Shown here: one piece after another, positions 43,296-52,350 of the stretch | How the letters are laid out: the number at the start of each line of letters is the position of its first letter | How positions within the stretch are numbered: position 1 is the first letter of the stretch | NCBI GenBank assembly: GCA_038065055.1 | Contig: JBBTRT010000002.1 | Coordinates: forward strand, 9,038 to 73,037 | DNA: 64,000 nt | Reading direction: 5' to 3' | DNA from: Patescibacteria group bacterium | GTDB lineage: Bacteria > Patescibacteriota > Microgenomatia > UBA1400 > CG1-02-47-37 | Notes under the pieces: generated by a model | Seen by the model: the letters and a program-made list of their open reading frames with translations, nothing else | What the model was told of the DNA's origin: nothing | Databases searched by the model: none | Translations under genes and position numbers: made by a program

Positions 43296-45042
43296 TATAC
43301 CGGGCACAGGCTTGTTTGGCTTGCTGCAATTCCTGTTTGGTTTGGGGCTGATTGGGATCAGTTAAGATTGTCAGCCATTTAGTTAAACCGCGCCGATTGG
43401 TCACGGTAACCGCCCCGCCGTCTTTAATAATGGGGAGGAAAAAACCATAGTCTTTTTTAAAAGGATTGACACTAATTACCGGCCGGTTCATCATAATTGC
43501 TTCAAAAACAGTCATGGACCAAGTTTGCAGCACCACGGAACAGACGTTGAGCAGTTCGACTAATTCCAGTTGATTATTATCTGTTACAATCGCGTTAGCA
43601 ATTCCCCATTCTTTTAACTCTTCTAAAACCCGGTAGCGTTTTTCACTGGGATGAGGCTTAATGACTAAAACCGTGTTTTTACCGGCTGCCACGGCCCGTG
43701 AAGCCAGTTGGAAAAAAGCGGCTTTTTCCGGTTTGGGGATCATCTGGCTGGGACCAAAAGAAATCAACAGAGCAATTTTTTTATCTAATTTATCAACCCC
43801 CAACAGTCTATATATTTGTTTTTTGGTCAATTTCGGTTTATTCTGCTGCTGTAAATCGCCCACCACTGTTAATTTTTTTTCAGGCACCCCAATTTTAATA
43901 AGCTGGTTTTTTACAAAATCTCCAGGCAAGGCAATTTTATCTGTCGTATCATATGAATTAAGCCAGTCTAAAGCCAATAAAGTATTGGGAGAAACTAAGA
44001 GTGATTGCACCTGATTAGTTTTAGCCAAAGCGGCCAGGGACAGCTCACAAAATCTTGAGTCAGACACTACTATAACCGCTTTGGGTTTAATCTGCTTAAA
44101 TAAATTGGCGCCAGCGGCCAGGTAAAGCCGGCTTAAAGTTTGGCCCAGTTCAATCATCGGAGCAGCAGCAGTTAAACCCAGGTTGTATAAAAAATCAGCC
44201 TGGTTTTTAACTGAATTTATTTTTTTTGGCAAACTAACTGGCCGGAGAGTAAACTCTTTAGGCAGAAAGCCGGCTAAAAAGAAGTGATGAGCTGAAACTT
44301 GATTTAAATTTTTTAAAACCGGTTTAACATTAATTATATCAGTCACCAGCCAGGGATTATGGTGATGTTTCTCCAAAGCTTGATAAAGCGGGGCTAAGGT
44401 TTTAAAGTGGCGAAAAAAATCAAGGCTCATAAGCATAGCAGAGCGGAGGTTTTGAATTGGCGGCGGCGGAATTTGAGCGGCTAACTTAAATTGATTAATT
44501 TTCTTTTGAAACTGGCGCCGGAGAAAAAATCTTTTCAGCCAGTGATTAAGCCAGATAAAGGTCATGAAGTGAGGCTTTAAAACTTTTACCTTTATCTCTT
44601 GGGCCAAATAGGAAGCGATTTGTTCAAGATAACTGCTACTTAAAGTGATGACTAAATCAGGTTTAATTTTTTTAAACAGCTTGACATAAAGCGGAACATA
44701 AATAAAATAATCATAGGTTAAATGAATGGCTAAACGGTTGAAAAATAAATTCTGAGGGAAAGTTTTTAATAATCTGTCAGTTAGGTCTAAATATTGACGC
44801 CGGTTAGCAGCATAATCAAGCTTGGCTAGTTCAGTACCATAATAATAAACAGAGCTGTCATGAAGCTCAAAGGCGTCAGAAGTAATCACGGAAAGCTTAA
44901 AGAACCGCTGAAGGAGAAAAACGGCCAGCTTAAGCCGAGTTTTAAGCCAACTAAGATAAAGAAAGCTAAAGAGCCTGCCTAATAATCCGGTCAGGGTCTG
45001 GATTTTAATGATATCCTCTGTAATAATTAAGGCGCTTTTCAT
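43234..45042 (-). CDS. 602-aa GT-B-like protein with an HP motif (TagF/KpsS/sialyltransferase-like C-terminal domain); candidate CMP-sugar transferase
   Basis: C-terminal LVIKPHPSEK (His464-Pro465, 43648..43653) followed by LLNVCSVVLQTWSMTVFEAIMMNRPVISV, a GT-B C-domain pattern. No close family recognised. Confidence 0.4.
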   Translation of the reverse strand: MKSALIITEDIIKIQTLTGLLGRLFSFLYLSWLKTRLKLAVFLLQRFFKLSVITSDAFELHDSSVYYYGTELAKLDYAANRRQYLDLTDRLLKTFPQNLFFNRLAIHLTYDYFIYVPLYVKLFKKIKPDLVITLSSSYLEQIASYLAQEIKVKVLKPHFMTFIWLNHWLKRFFLRRQFQKKINQFKLAAQIPPPPIQNLRSAMLMSLDFFRHFKTLAPLYQALEKHHHNPWLVTDIINVKPVLKNLNQVSAHHFFLAGFLPKEFTLRPVSLPKKINSVKNQADFLYNLGLTAAAPMIELGQTLSRLYLAAGANLFKQIKPKAVIVVSDSRFCELSLAALAKTNQVQSLLVSPNTLLALDWLNSYDTTDKIALPGDFVKNQLIKIGVPEKKLTVVGDLQQQNKPKLTKKQIYRLLGVDKLDKKIALLISFGPSQMIPKPEKAAFFQLASRAVAAGKNTVLVIKPHPSEKRYRVLEELKEWGIANAIVTDNNQLELVELLNVCSVVLQTWSMTVFEAIMMNRPVISVNPFKKDYGFFLPIIKDGGAVTVTNRRGLTKWLTILTDPNQPQTKQELQQAKQACARYITVHGGQAVDKILNLLAKDH

Positions 45043-45048
45043 AGTATG

Positions 45049-45054
45049 ATTATA
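45049..45054 (-). promoter_or_regulatory. -10 box for the 602-aa GT-B-like gene
   Basis: TATAAT on the - strand, 6 nt upstream of ATG 45042. Confidence 0.35.
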
Positions 45055-45056
45055 GC

Positions 45057-45818
45057 TTGTTTATGAAAACTGTCAGAATTATTCCCAAATTAGAGGTAAA
45101 AAACGAAAACCTGATCAAGGGGGTGCATTTGGACGGGTTAAGAATTGTGGGTAAGCCGGAGAAAGCGGCTTTGGAGTATGCCCAGGCCGGGGCAGACGAA
45201 TTAATTTACCTGGATTTGGTGGCCAGCCTTTACCAACGGGAAAATTGGATTAAGATTGTCCGGCGCACGGCCGAACAGATTTATATTCCTTTAACCGTTG
45301 GCGGCGGCATCCGCACCCTGGAAGATGCTAAGTTGTTTTTCCGCAATGGAGCAGATAAAGTGGCAATTAACACCGGCATTGTTAATAATCCCAGGCTCGT
45401 AACCATAATCGCAAAAAAATTCGGCTCCCAAGCGATGGTGGCATCTTTGGAAGTGCAAAAAAAGATTAGCGGCGGCTATGAAGTTTTCACTGATTCCGGC
45501 CGGACGCAGACCGGGCTTGATCCGGTTACTTGGGCAAAAAAAGTGGAAAAATTGGGAGCCGGAGAAATTCTCCTGACATTTATTCACCGGGACGGAACGA
45601 TGAAAGGATATGACCTTGAATTACTGCGGCAAATTTCCAGCCAGGCAAAAATTCCGGTGATCGCGAGCGGCGGGGCCGGGACAATTGAAGACCTAATTGA
45701 AGCCATAAAAGCCGGAGCGGATGCGCTAGCGATTGCCTCGCTGTTACACTTTAAAAAAATGACCATCGGCCAAATTAAGGCCCAACTTAAGTTAAAAAAT
45801 ATAAAAATTAGATTATGA
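45057..45818 (+). CDS. HisF-like cyclase subunit (WbuZ/HisF2-type, acetamidino sugar modification)
   Basis: LTVGGGIRTLEDA and VIASGGAGTIEDL phosphate-binding blocks. The track start is TTG at 45057; the first ATG is at 45063. Confidence 0.85.
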   Translation: MFMKTVRIIPKLEVKNENLIKGVHLDGLRIVGKPEKAALEYAQAGADELIYLDLVASLYQRENWIKIVRRTAEQIYIPLTVGGGIRTLEDAKLFFRNGADKVAINTGIVNNPRLVTIIAKKFGSQAMVASLEVQKKISGGYEVFTDSGRTQTGLDPVTWAKKVEKLGAGEILLTFIHRDGTMKGYDLELLRQISSQAKIPVIASGGAGTIEDLIEAIKAGADALAIASLLHFKKMTIGQIKAQLKLKNIKIRL

Positions 45819-46420
45819 AAATCGCGTTGATTGATTACGGGGCCGGCAACTTATTTTCCGTCGAAAGAGCCTTGAAATTTAGCGGAGCTGATTATTATTT
45901 AGCTACTAAAGCAGAACAAATTATTAAGGCTGACAAGCTGGTTTTGCCTGGAGTAGGCGCGTTTTGCGACGGGATGAAGGGATTGAAAAAAAATAAATTG
46001 AGCCAAGCAATTATAAGCGCGGCTCGGCAACAAAAACCAATTTTGGGCATCTGCCTGGGAATGCAACTAATGATGAGTTCGGGCCACGAATTCGGCATTC
46101 ATCAAGGCTTGGGTTTAATTGAAGGCGTGGTCAATAAAATAACAACCCAAGAAAAACTGCCGCAAATCGGCTGGAATGAGCTTAAAATTTTAAAAGAGTC
46201 ACCGTTGCTTAATGGAATTAAATCGGGCGATTATTTTTATTTTGTGCATTCTTTTGTTTGCCGGCCAAAAAACCCAAAAGTTATGGTCACGACGACTAAT
46301 TATGGCGGAGATAATTTTTGCTCTGTTTTAGCCGATAAAAACATTTATGGGGTGCAGTTTCACCCGGAAAAAAGCGGCCCTGAAGGCTTAAAAATTTACC
46401 AAAACTTTGTTAAGCTTTAA
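45815..46420 (+). CDS. HisH-like glutamine amidotransferase subunit (WbuY-type)
   Basis: KIALIDYGAGNLFSV, Cys nucleophile in PILGICLGMQLMM, and GVQFHPEKSG. Confidence 0.85.
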   Translation: MKIALIDYGAGNLFSVERALKFSGADYYLATKAEQIIKADKLVLPGVGAFCDGMKGLKKNKLSQAIISAARQQKPILGICLGMQLMMSSGHEFGIHQGLGLIEGVVNKITTQEKLPQIGWNELKILKESPLLNGIKSGDYFYFVHSFVCRPKNPKVMVTTTNYGGDNFCSVLADKNIYGVQFHPEKSGPEGLKIYQNFVKL

Positions 46421-46428
46421 TTCTTGGT

Positions 46429-47610
46429 TTAAGAAACAACGTGTTTTAAACGCCATTTCCCCTTAATTTTTTCCCACAGGTGCGGTTGGCGGTAACGGTC
46501 GATAATTTTCCAAAAATGAGCTTCGGAAATATCCAGATAGGCTAAAAATTCCTTAAAATATTTCCGGGGAAATTCGCCATCATAACGGCGGACTAAAGCC
46601 ACACCTTCTTCCCGGGTAATGTGCTGACTTCTGATTTCCATTTGAGCATCCCGCGATGCGCGGCCCAAGCCGAATTTTATATACCCCAAATAAAAGTGAA
46701 AGCCGTCTGTCTTGTCATCCAGGCTGGAATATTTAGTGTAGGTACCTTCAGATCGGCCATCAGGGTTCGCTTCAAAATTTGTATGCTTGGTGGCACAATA
46801 GAAATTTTCTTGGGGAATCCACTGGTGATAATAAGAAAACCAGTGCATTTGAATGCCTAGTTCGTTAATTTTTTTGAGGGCGGGCGGGCGGTAAAGAGCA
46901 AAAGTTTCCGGCTGAATTTCAGCTGGGTTAAAGATGCCCAGTTTAAGCCCGGCTTTAATCAAAGCATCAACCCCGGCGCCCTTGAAATACAGCTCTTCCC
47001 AATCAGCCACCGATTCGTAGGGCTTATTTTTATTTTTAACCGAACCGCCGTATTCGACCTCACCGTTCTCGCCGTAAAAAATCAAAGGAATACCAAACTT
47101 CAAAGCCACATGGAAAGCATAGGCTTTTTGCCCAAAAGCAAACGGCTCCCAGGCATCGCCTTTTAATTCAAAAGCCACCCGGGCCAGCTTGCGATGCAAT
47201 TGACCATTGGGGTTGAACAGAAGATTATCATAACCAGCCTGAACAAAATTATTATAATTTTTCCAACCAATATCGGTGTAAATAAACGGCGCCCAGGTAA
47301 CGGTTAAGGGGTGCATACCGTAATGATGCTTTAACTGGTAAGCCACCAGGGCACTATCTTTGCCGCCGCTACTGGGAATAACTACATCAAAACTACCGTT
47401 TTTAGAGCGGTGCCGATCGAGCAATTTGACCAGTTCCTGTTCCCTTTGCTGCCAATTAATTTGATGCTGTTTTTCCTCATGATAACGGCAGGCGCTGCAG
47501 ATACCCTCGCTGTCGATGGTAATTCGGGGGCGTTGATTAGAAACCACGCAACGCTTGCAAAAAACAACTGTTTTAGGTAACTGTTCCAGTTGTTTGTCTA
47601 ATGTTTTCAT
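46429..47610 (-). CDS. N-acetyl sugar amidotransferase (WbuX/PseA-type PP-loop ATPase)
   Basis: Zinc-ribbon CKRCVVSN...CSACRYHEEK and PP-loop VIPSSGGKDSALV. 393 aa. Confidence 0.8.
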   Translation of the reverse strand: MKTLDKQLEQLPKTVVFCKRCVVSNQRPRITIDSEGICSACRYHEEKQHQINWQQREQELVKLLDRHRSKNGSFDVVIPSSGGKDSALVAYQLKHHYGMHPLTVTWAPFIYTDIGWKNYNNFVQAGYDNLLFNPNGQLHRKLARVAFELKGDAWEPFAFGQKAYAFHVALKFGIPLIFYGENGEVEYGGSVKNKNKPYESVADWEELYFKGAGVDALIKAGLKLGIFNPAEIQPETFALYRPPALKKINELGIQMHWFSYYHQWIPQENFYCATKHTNFEANPDGRSEGTYTKYSSLDDKTDGFHFYLGYIKFGLGRASRDAQMEIRSQHITREEGVALVRRYDGEFPRKYFKEFLAYLDISEAHFWKIIDRYRQPHLWEKIKGKWRLKHVVS

Positions 47611-47631
47611 AAACTATTATAGCTTAATATA

Positions 47632-48954
47632 TTAGAACCATGACCAAATTAAATTGTTAATCGCAGCGATACTTATATACGTCAGAATTGAGATAAAAAT
47701 ATATTTGTTTTTCTGTAGTATTTTCGATAAAAAAATTATTAAGCTATAGATCAGAACCGGTAAAACATGCAACATATATGAAGCCTTGATACTATCGCCT
47801 TTAAAGCTTGGATATTTAGTAATCATGACCAGCCAACCCAAATATGTCAGACACAACATAATTATCATCATTGCAGGAATAAACCAATCTTTTTTTCTTT
47901 GACTGAAAAAAGTAATAAAACTAAATAAAATTAATAAGGTAAAAGGCAAATTAATTCGATTCTGCCAAGCTAAGTTTGCTACGCGGGCTGGGGAGGTAAA
48001 ATTTCGATCCTGCTTAATTGTATCGATACTGATACCAAAACGCCTTTGGGAAAAATAATTCCACCAATCGCCCCAAAATTCACTATAGTAAATCGGGATT
48101 AACCGGTTAAGAGGAGTATTGGGGGCAAAACGAATCGGATAACCCATCATTAACCTGAAGGGCACTTCCGTGTAAAAAGCAAGCGGTTGACGCTGGAAAA
48201 ACGGAAGATCTGGCTCTCCACCTTCACCAACACCATAAATTTCCTGATTGCGCCGGCCAATATAAAACCAGCTTGATCCTAATAAAACTAATAAAGTAAA
48301 AACTATAAGAAATTTGATTGCTTTCGACCAAGTAATTTTTTTTAAATAACCCAATCCCCAAAATCCAAAAAATAAAGTAATCAGCAGGACGAATGAAGAC
48401 ATTCTGGTTAAAAGATTAATAATCGTTATTGCGGCTAAAATCACTGTTTTAAACAAAGTCGGATGAGATTGATAATGAACAATAAAGTACCAAAATGCCA
48501 GACTAATCAAAAACGCGGAAAATAACTCAAGATTATACATAGGGATTGTTTTTTGAAATACCGGTAATGAAAATATCAAAGCAATAAATAAATAATGGAA
48601 TATTCTAGGTTTTGGCAATAGTGGTTTAACGATTCGGTACCAAAAAAAGATTAGAAAAACAGCAAAAACCGGATTAAGATACTGCCAAACTTTAAGAGCG
48701 CTTATAAAATCTGACTTATAAAAATAACTGTATAAACGACCGATTAACCCGGAAACCAGATAAAAAAACGGTGGATTATAGGCTTCCCTGGTTTCAGAAA
48801 GGGTAGGAAGTCGCCATTGACCGGTTAGAATATCAGCATAGCGAATATGAATAAAAGAATCATAGCCAGCAATAACCGGATAATAGTAAACGTTATGAAC
48901 TAAGAAAAATAAACCAAGAACAAAACTTAAATAAATAATTATTTTTTTAACCAT
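47632..48954 (-). CDS. polytopic membrane protein, GT-C-like; paralog of 52351..53694
   Basis: Shares IPIYYSEFWGDWWNYF and KGDSIKASYML blocks and overall TM layout with 52351..53694. Sits immediately downstream of a DPM1-like GT2. Confidence 0.5.
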   Translation of the reverse strand: MVKKIIIYLSFVLGLFFLVHNVYYYPVIAGYDSFIHIRYADILTGQWRLPTLSETREAYNPPFFYLVSGLIGRLYSYFYKSDFISALKVWQYLNPVFAVFLIFFWYRIVKPLLPKPRIFHYLFIALIFSLPVFQKTIPMYNLELFSAFLISLAFWYFIVHYQSHPTLFKTVILAAITIINLLTRMSSFVLLITLFFGFWGLGYLKKITWSKAIKFLIVFTLLVLLGSSWFYIGRRNQEIYGVGEGGEPDLPFFQRQPLAFYTEVPFRLMMGYPIRFAPNTPLNRLIPIYYSEFWGDWWNYFSQRRFGISIDTIKQDRNFTSPARVANLAWQNRINLPFTLLILFSFITFFSQRKKDWFIPAMMIIMLCLTYLGWLVMITKYPSFKGDSIKASYMLHVLPVLIYSLIIFLSKILQKNKYIFISILTYISIAAINNLIWSWF

Positions 48955-49640
48955 AATCTTATGATTGTAAACAAATATTTTTTCCCTCTTTTGGCAAAAC
49001 CGAAAATATTCGAGGCTGTCTTGGATTCACCATGCTCCCGAGGCACACAGTCATAAGGAACTTCTTTTATTTTAAATCCCCGCCGGAGACTGTTAACTAA
49101 TAGGTCGATACAATATTCACCATAATCACCGTTTAACTTATAGTGATTAAAGACAATTTTTTTAGATAAAATGTAGCCACTGGTGTAATCGGTTAATGAA
49201 TGGCCAAGAAATAATCCGGCAGTTTTATTTAATATCAAACTGAGAAATACTGCCAGTTTATTTTCCCTTTGATCGTGGCCGCCGGTAACATACCTTGAAC
49301 CAATCACTAAATCGTATTCGGGAATTAATTTAATCATGTTAGTTAAATATTTTGGCGGCATGGATAAATCTGCATCCATCCAACCAATAACCTCTCCCCG
49401 GCTTTGCTGGATCCCAAAATTAAAAGCACTGGTTAATCCCCGTTCATGAAGACGACGGAATAATTTGATTCTATGGTCATGTTTTTGCAACTTTTGAACT
49501 ATTTGCCAGGTTTTATCCGGAGAATTATCATCAACCACAATAATTTCATATTGCCTTTTTTTCAAGATTAAACTAATTTGATTAATTAAATTAGCAATAT
49601 TGCCGGCTTCATTGTAGGTAGGAAGAATAATGGAAATCAT
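48939..49640 (-). CDS. GT2 polyprenyl-phosphate-sugar synthase (DPM1/Ppm1/ArnC-like)
   Basis: ISIILPTYNEAGNI, VVDDNSPDKT, WMDADLSMPP. Confidence 0.8.
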   Translation of the reverse strand: MISIILPTYNEAGNIANLINQISLILKKRQYEIIVVDDNSPDKTWQIVQKLQKHDHRIKLFRRLHERGLTSAFNFGIQQSRGEVIGWMDADLSMPPKYLTNMIKLIPEYDLVIGSRYVTGGHDQRENKLAVFLSLILNKTAGLFLGHSLTDYTSGYILSKKIVFNHYKLNGDYGEYCIDLLVNSLRRGFKIKEVPYDCVPREHGESKTASNIFGFAKRGKKYLFTIIRLWLKK

Positions 49641-50362
49641 TTTTGGGCCAAAATTATTATTGAACTACCAAAAGGCAGGTTAAATAATTTTAATAACTTA
49701 TTCTCTAACGAAGTAATCGATAACAATAATTGGTTGAGCCACGGAGACAGATAATCAACATCGGATTTGGAATGAAAGAAAAAATACTTTTTTAATAATC
49801 GATTAAGAGCAAAAATCGGAAAAGTAAACATAAATAAATATGAAGCCCGTTTAATATTAAAACCCTCCCTAGAGATCTTTTGTATTAATTCTGATTTGGG
49901 ATATCTTTGCCTGGCCTGCATTACAACATCATGAGGCCCAAAAAGCCACTGATAAGCACAATCCGTCACCAGTACATATCCTCCTGGTTTTAAAACGCGA
50001 AAAGCCTCCTTGATTACTTTAATATCAGATTTAATCCCCTGGTGATACAAAACGTCAAAAATTGTCACTAAGTCGAATTGAGATGATTGAAAAGGAAGAT
50101 TGTCAGCTGATCCTAATTTAACTCTTGTTAAGCCTCTTTGACGACAAAAACTTAACGCTAGCGGAGAAATATCGACTCCACTGGCTTGACCAAGTTGATT
50201 AAGCATTAATAAATTCCTGCCCGTGCCGCAACCAATATCCAAAATTTTTTTAGACTTTGAAGATAAAGAAGAAATAAGAGTAATAGCAAAATTTCTTTTG
50301 GAAGAAAACCACCAATGAGTATCTTCCAGTTGAAACATTTTGGAATATTCTTGTGCTTGCAT
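49637..50362 (-). CDS. class I SAM-dependent methyltransferase
   Basis: Motif I ILDIGCGTGRNL, then FDLVTIFDVLYH. Confidence 0.75.
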   Translation of the reverse strand: MQAQEYSKMFQLEDTHWWFSSKRNFAITLISSLSSKSKKILDIGCGTGRNLLMLNQLGQASGVDISPLALSFCRQRGLTRVKLGSADNLPFQSSQFDLVTIFDVLYHQGIKSDIKVIKEAFRVLKPGGYVLVTDCAYQWLFGPHDVVMQARQRYPKSELIQKISREGFNIKRASYLFMFTFPIFALNRLLKKYFFFHSKSDVDYLSPWLNQLLLSITSLENKLLKLFNLPFGSSIIILAQK

Positions 50363-50396
50363 AACTGATATATTTTACCTTACTTTATGCTAAAAT

Positions 50397-51659
50397 ATGT
50401 TAATTATGCAACCGGCGCGTGATTATAAATTAAAAGAGTTAGGTAAAAGAACAAAGTGCATTCCCGGATCAGAACCGGTTTTAAGCGGAGAATCTCATGA
50501 TAAAGTCATGGGTAAAAAGGCCCGGCCGCTTTTCTCAAAAAAAATTATCCCGGTTTGCGAACCTTCATTAAACGCCAAAGCTTTTGAGTATGTTAAAAAG
50601 GCGTTACAAACCAACTGGATTAGCTCGAGAGGTGATTTTTTAGAAAAATTTGAGCAATTATTTGCTAAAAAAGTCGGGGCTAAATATGCAGTAGCGGTTA
50701 ATTCGGGAACCTCGGCATTACATTTAGCTTTGGCAACATTAGGGATTGAACCAATCGATGAAGTGATTGTGCCAACCTACACAATGATTTCTTCGGCTTT
50801 TGCCGTTTCTTACCTGGGGGCCAAGCCGGTTTTTGTCGACTGTGATGATTATTACCAAATTGACCCAAATTTAATTGAAGCGGCTATTACCAAAAAAACT
50901 AAAGCAATTATGCCGGTTCATATTTACGGACACCCGGCGGACATGGATAAAATTGAAAAAATTGCTAAAAAATATAAGTTAGCGGTTATTTATGATGCGG
51001 CCGAATCACATGGAGCAAAATATAAAAACAAAGAAATTGGCGGCCGGGGTTTAGCCAGCTGCTATTCTTTTTATGCTAATAAAATTATTACTACCGGTGA
51101 AGGCGGCATGGTTGTTTCCAATAACAAAGCTTTTATTGAACTCGCCCGAAATTTAAAAGATGTAGCCTTTTCCACTGAACGCCATTTCTGGCATAAACGA
51201 CTAGGCTATAACTTTAGAATGACAAACATAACCGCTGCCGTCGGTTTAGCCCAGACAGAACAATATGATAAATTAGTAAAAGCCAGAATCGATCACGCAA
51301 AATATTATATGAAAAACCTGGCTAAAGTTAAGGGAATAAAATTCCCCAAAACTGCACCTTGGGCGAAAAATGCTTTCTGGATGTTTGGCTTTGAGGTCAT
51401 GCCGGAATTTGGGATGACAAGGGACAAATTAAGACAATTTATGGCTAAAATGGGGGTAGAAACCAGAACATATTTTGTGCCGTTACACTTACAGCCGTAT
51501 TATTACAAAGAAAATAAAGACAAGATTTTTCCTGTGGCTGAAGGCTTAAGTGAAAGAGGATTATATATTCCTTCGGCTTCGAGCTTAAGCAAGATTCAGA
51601 TGGATCGAGTTATTAGAGTAATTAAACAGGCCCACAAAACCGCAATTTTAAAGAAGTAA
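50397..51659 (+). CDS. DegT-family sugar aminotransferase (ArnB-like) with uncertain 5' end
   Basis: NSGTSALHL, DEVIVPTYTMISS and YSFYANKIITTGEGG. The family core begins near residue 50. Alternative ATGs are at 50406 and 50508. Confidence 0.8.
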   Translation: MLIMQPARDYKLKELGKRTKCIPGSEPVLSGESHDKVMGKKARPLFSKKIIPVCEPSLNAKAFEYVKKALQTNWISSRGDFLEKFEQLFAKKVGAKYAVAVNSGTSALHLALATLGIEPIDEVIVPTYTMISSAFAVSYLGAKPVFVDCDDYYQIDPNLIEAAITKKTKAIMPVHIYGHPADMDKIEKIAKKYKLAVIYDAAESHGAKYKNKEIGGRGLASCYSFYANKIITTGEGGMVVSNNKAFIELARNLKDVAFSTERHFWHKRLGYNFRMTNITAAVGLAQTEQYDKLVKARIDHAKYYMKNLAKVKGIKFPKTAPWAKNAFWMFGFEVMPEFGMTRDKLRQFMAKMGVETRTYFVPLHLQPYYYKENKDKIFPVAEGLSERGLYIPSASSLSKIQMDRVIRVIKQAHKTAILKK

Positions 51660-52347
51660 TTAAGTAATTAACGATCATTTCAAACAAATTGCTTTTACTG
51701 ACACCGTACTGCCGAAAACCGTACATGACCGGTACTTCTTTAATTTTCAAACCTTTTTCATGGCAATAATAAATTAACCGGATACAAAACTCGCCGTAGC
51801 CGTAAAAAATTCGATTAAGATTTAAAGACGTGAGAATTTTCCGCCTAACAACAAGAAAACCGCTTAAGCTTTCGTGAACAGGAAAGTTAAAAATTAGGCG
51901 GTTGACAATAAAATTTCCCCATTTGCTGAGCCAGTATTGTAAATTATTGGCTTCACTGACATGCATGCCGCCGCCGGGAATATAGCGGGAACCAACAACT
52001 AAATCGGCCATTTCTTTTTGGACCGGCTCAAGCAAGCGGTAGATATCTTCCGGGCGATGGGTCAAATCAGTGTCCATAATTATTAGGTAGTCCCCTTTTG
52101 CCTGCCTGATACCGGTTAAAATGGCCGAAGCTAAGCCTCGTTCATGCCGACGAACAATTAACTTAACCGGCCATTTTTTCCTGATTAGTTTTTGAACCAC
52201 ATTTTGGGTGTCGTCGGAAGAATTATCATCCACCACGATAAATTCTAAAGTAAAAGCTTTAAGTTCTTCCTGAAATTTAATTGTTTCAATTAGTTTGCCA
52301 ATATTGCCGGCTTCATTGTAGGTAGGGAGAATAAAGCTGAGTTTCAT
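51622..52347 (-). CDS. GT2 polyprenyl-phosphate-sugar synthase (DPM1/Ppm1/ArnC-like), paralog of 48939..49640
   Basis: LSFILPTYNEAGNI, VVDDNSSDDT, IMDTDLTHRP. Confidence 0.8.
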   Translation of the reverse strand: MKLSFILPTYNEAGNIGKLIETIKFQEELKAFTLEFIVVDDNSSDDTQNVVQKLIRKKWPVKLIVRRHERGLASAILTGIRQAKGDYLIIMDTDLTHRPEDIYRLLEPVQKEMADLVVGSRYIPGGGMHVSEANNLQYWLSKWGNFIVNRLIFNFPVHESLSGFLVVRRKILTSLNLNRIFYGYGEFCIRLIYYCHEKGLKIKEVPVMYGFRQYGVSKSNLFEMIVNYLITSLKLRFCGPV

Positions 52348-52350
52348 AAA

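Noticed and set aside
43661-44014. 117-aa and 66-aa plus-strand ORFs inside the 602-aa gene
   Set aside because: They are antisense to a long ORF with a coherent GT-B-like C-terminal domain. They have no motifs and no plausible promoter or start context.
45057-46420. HisF/HisH read as a fragment of a histidine biosynthesis operon
   Set aside because: No other his genes are adjacent, and the pair is next to a WbuX/PseA-type amidotransferase inside a glycan locus. The acetamidino-module interpretation fits better. It needs a whole-genome check.
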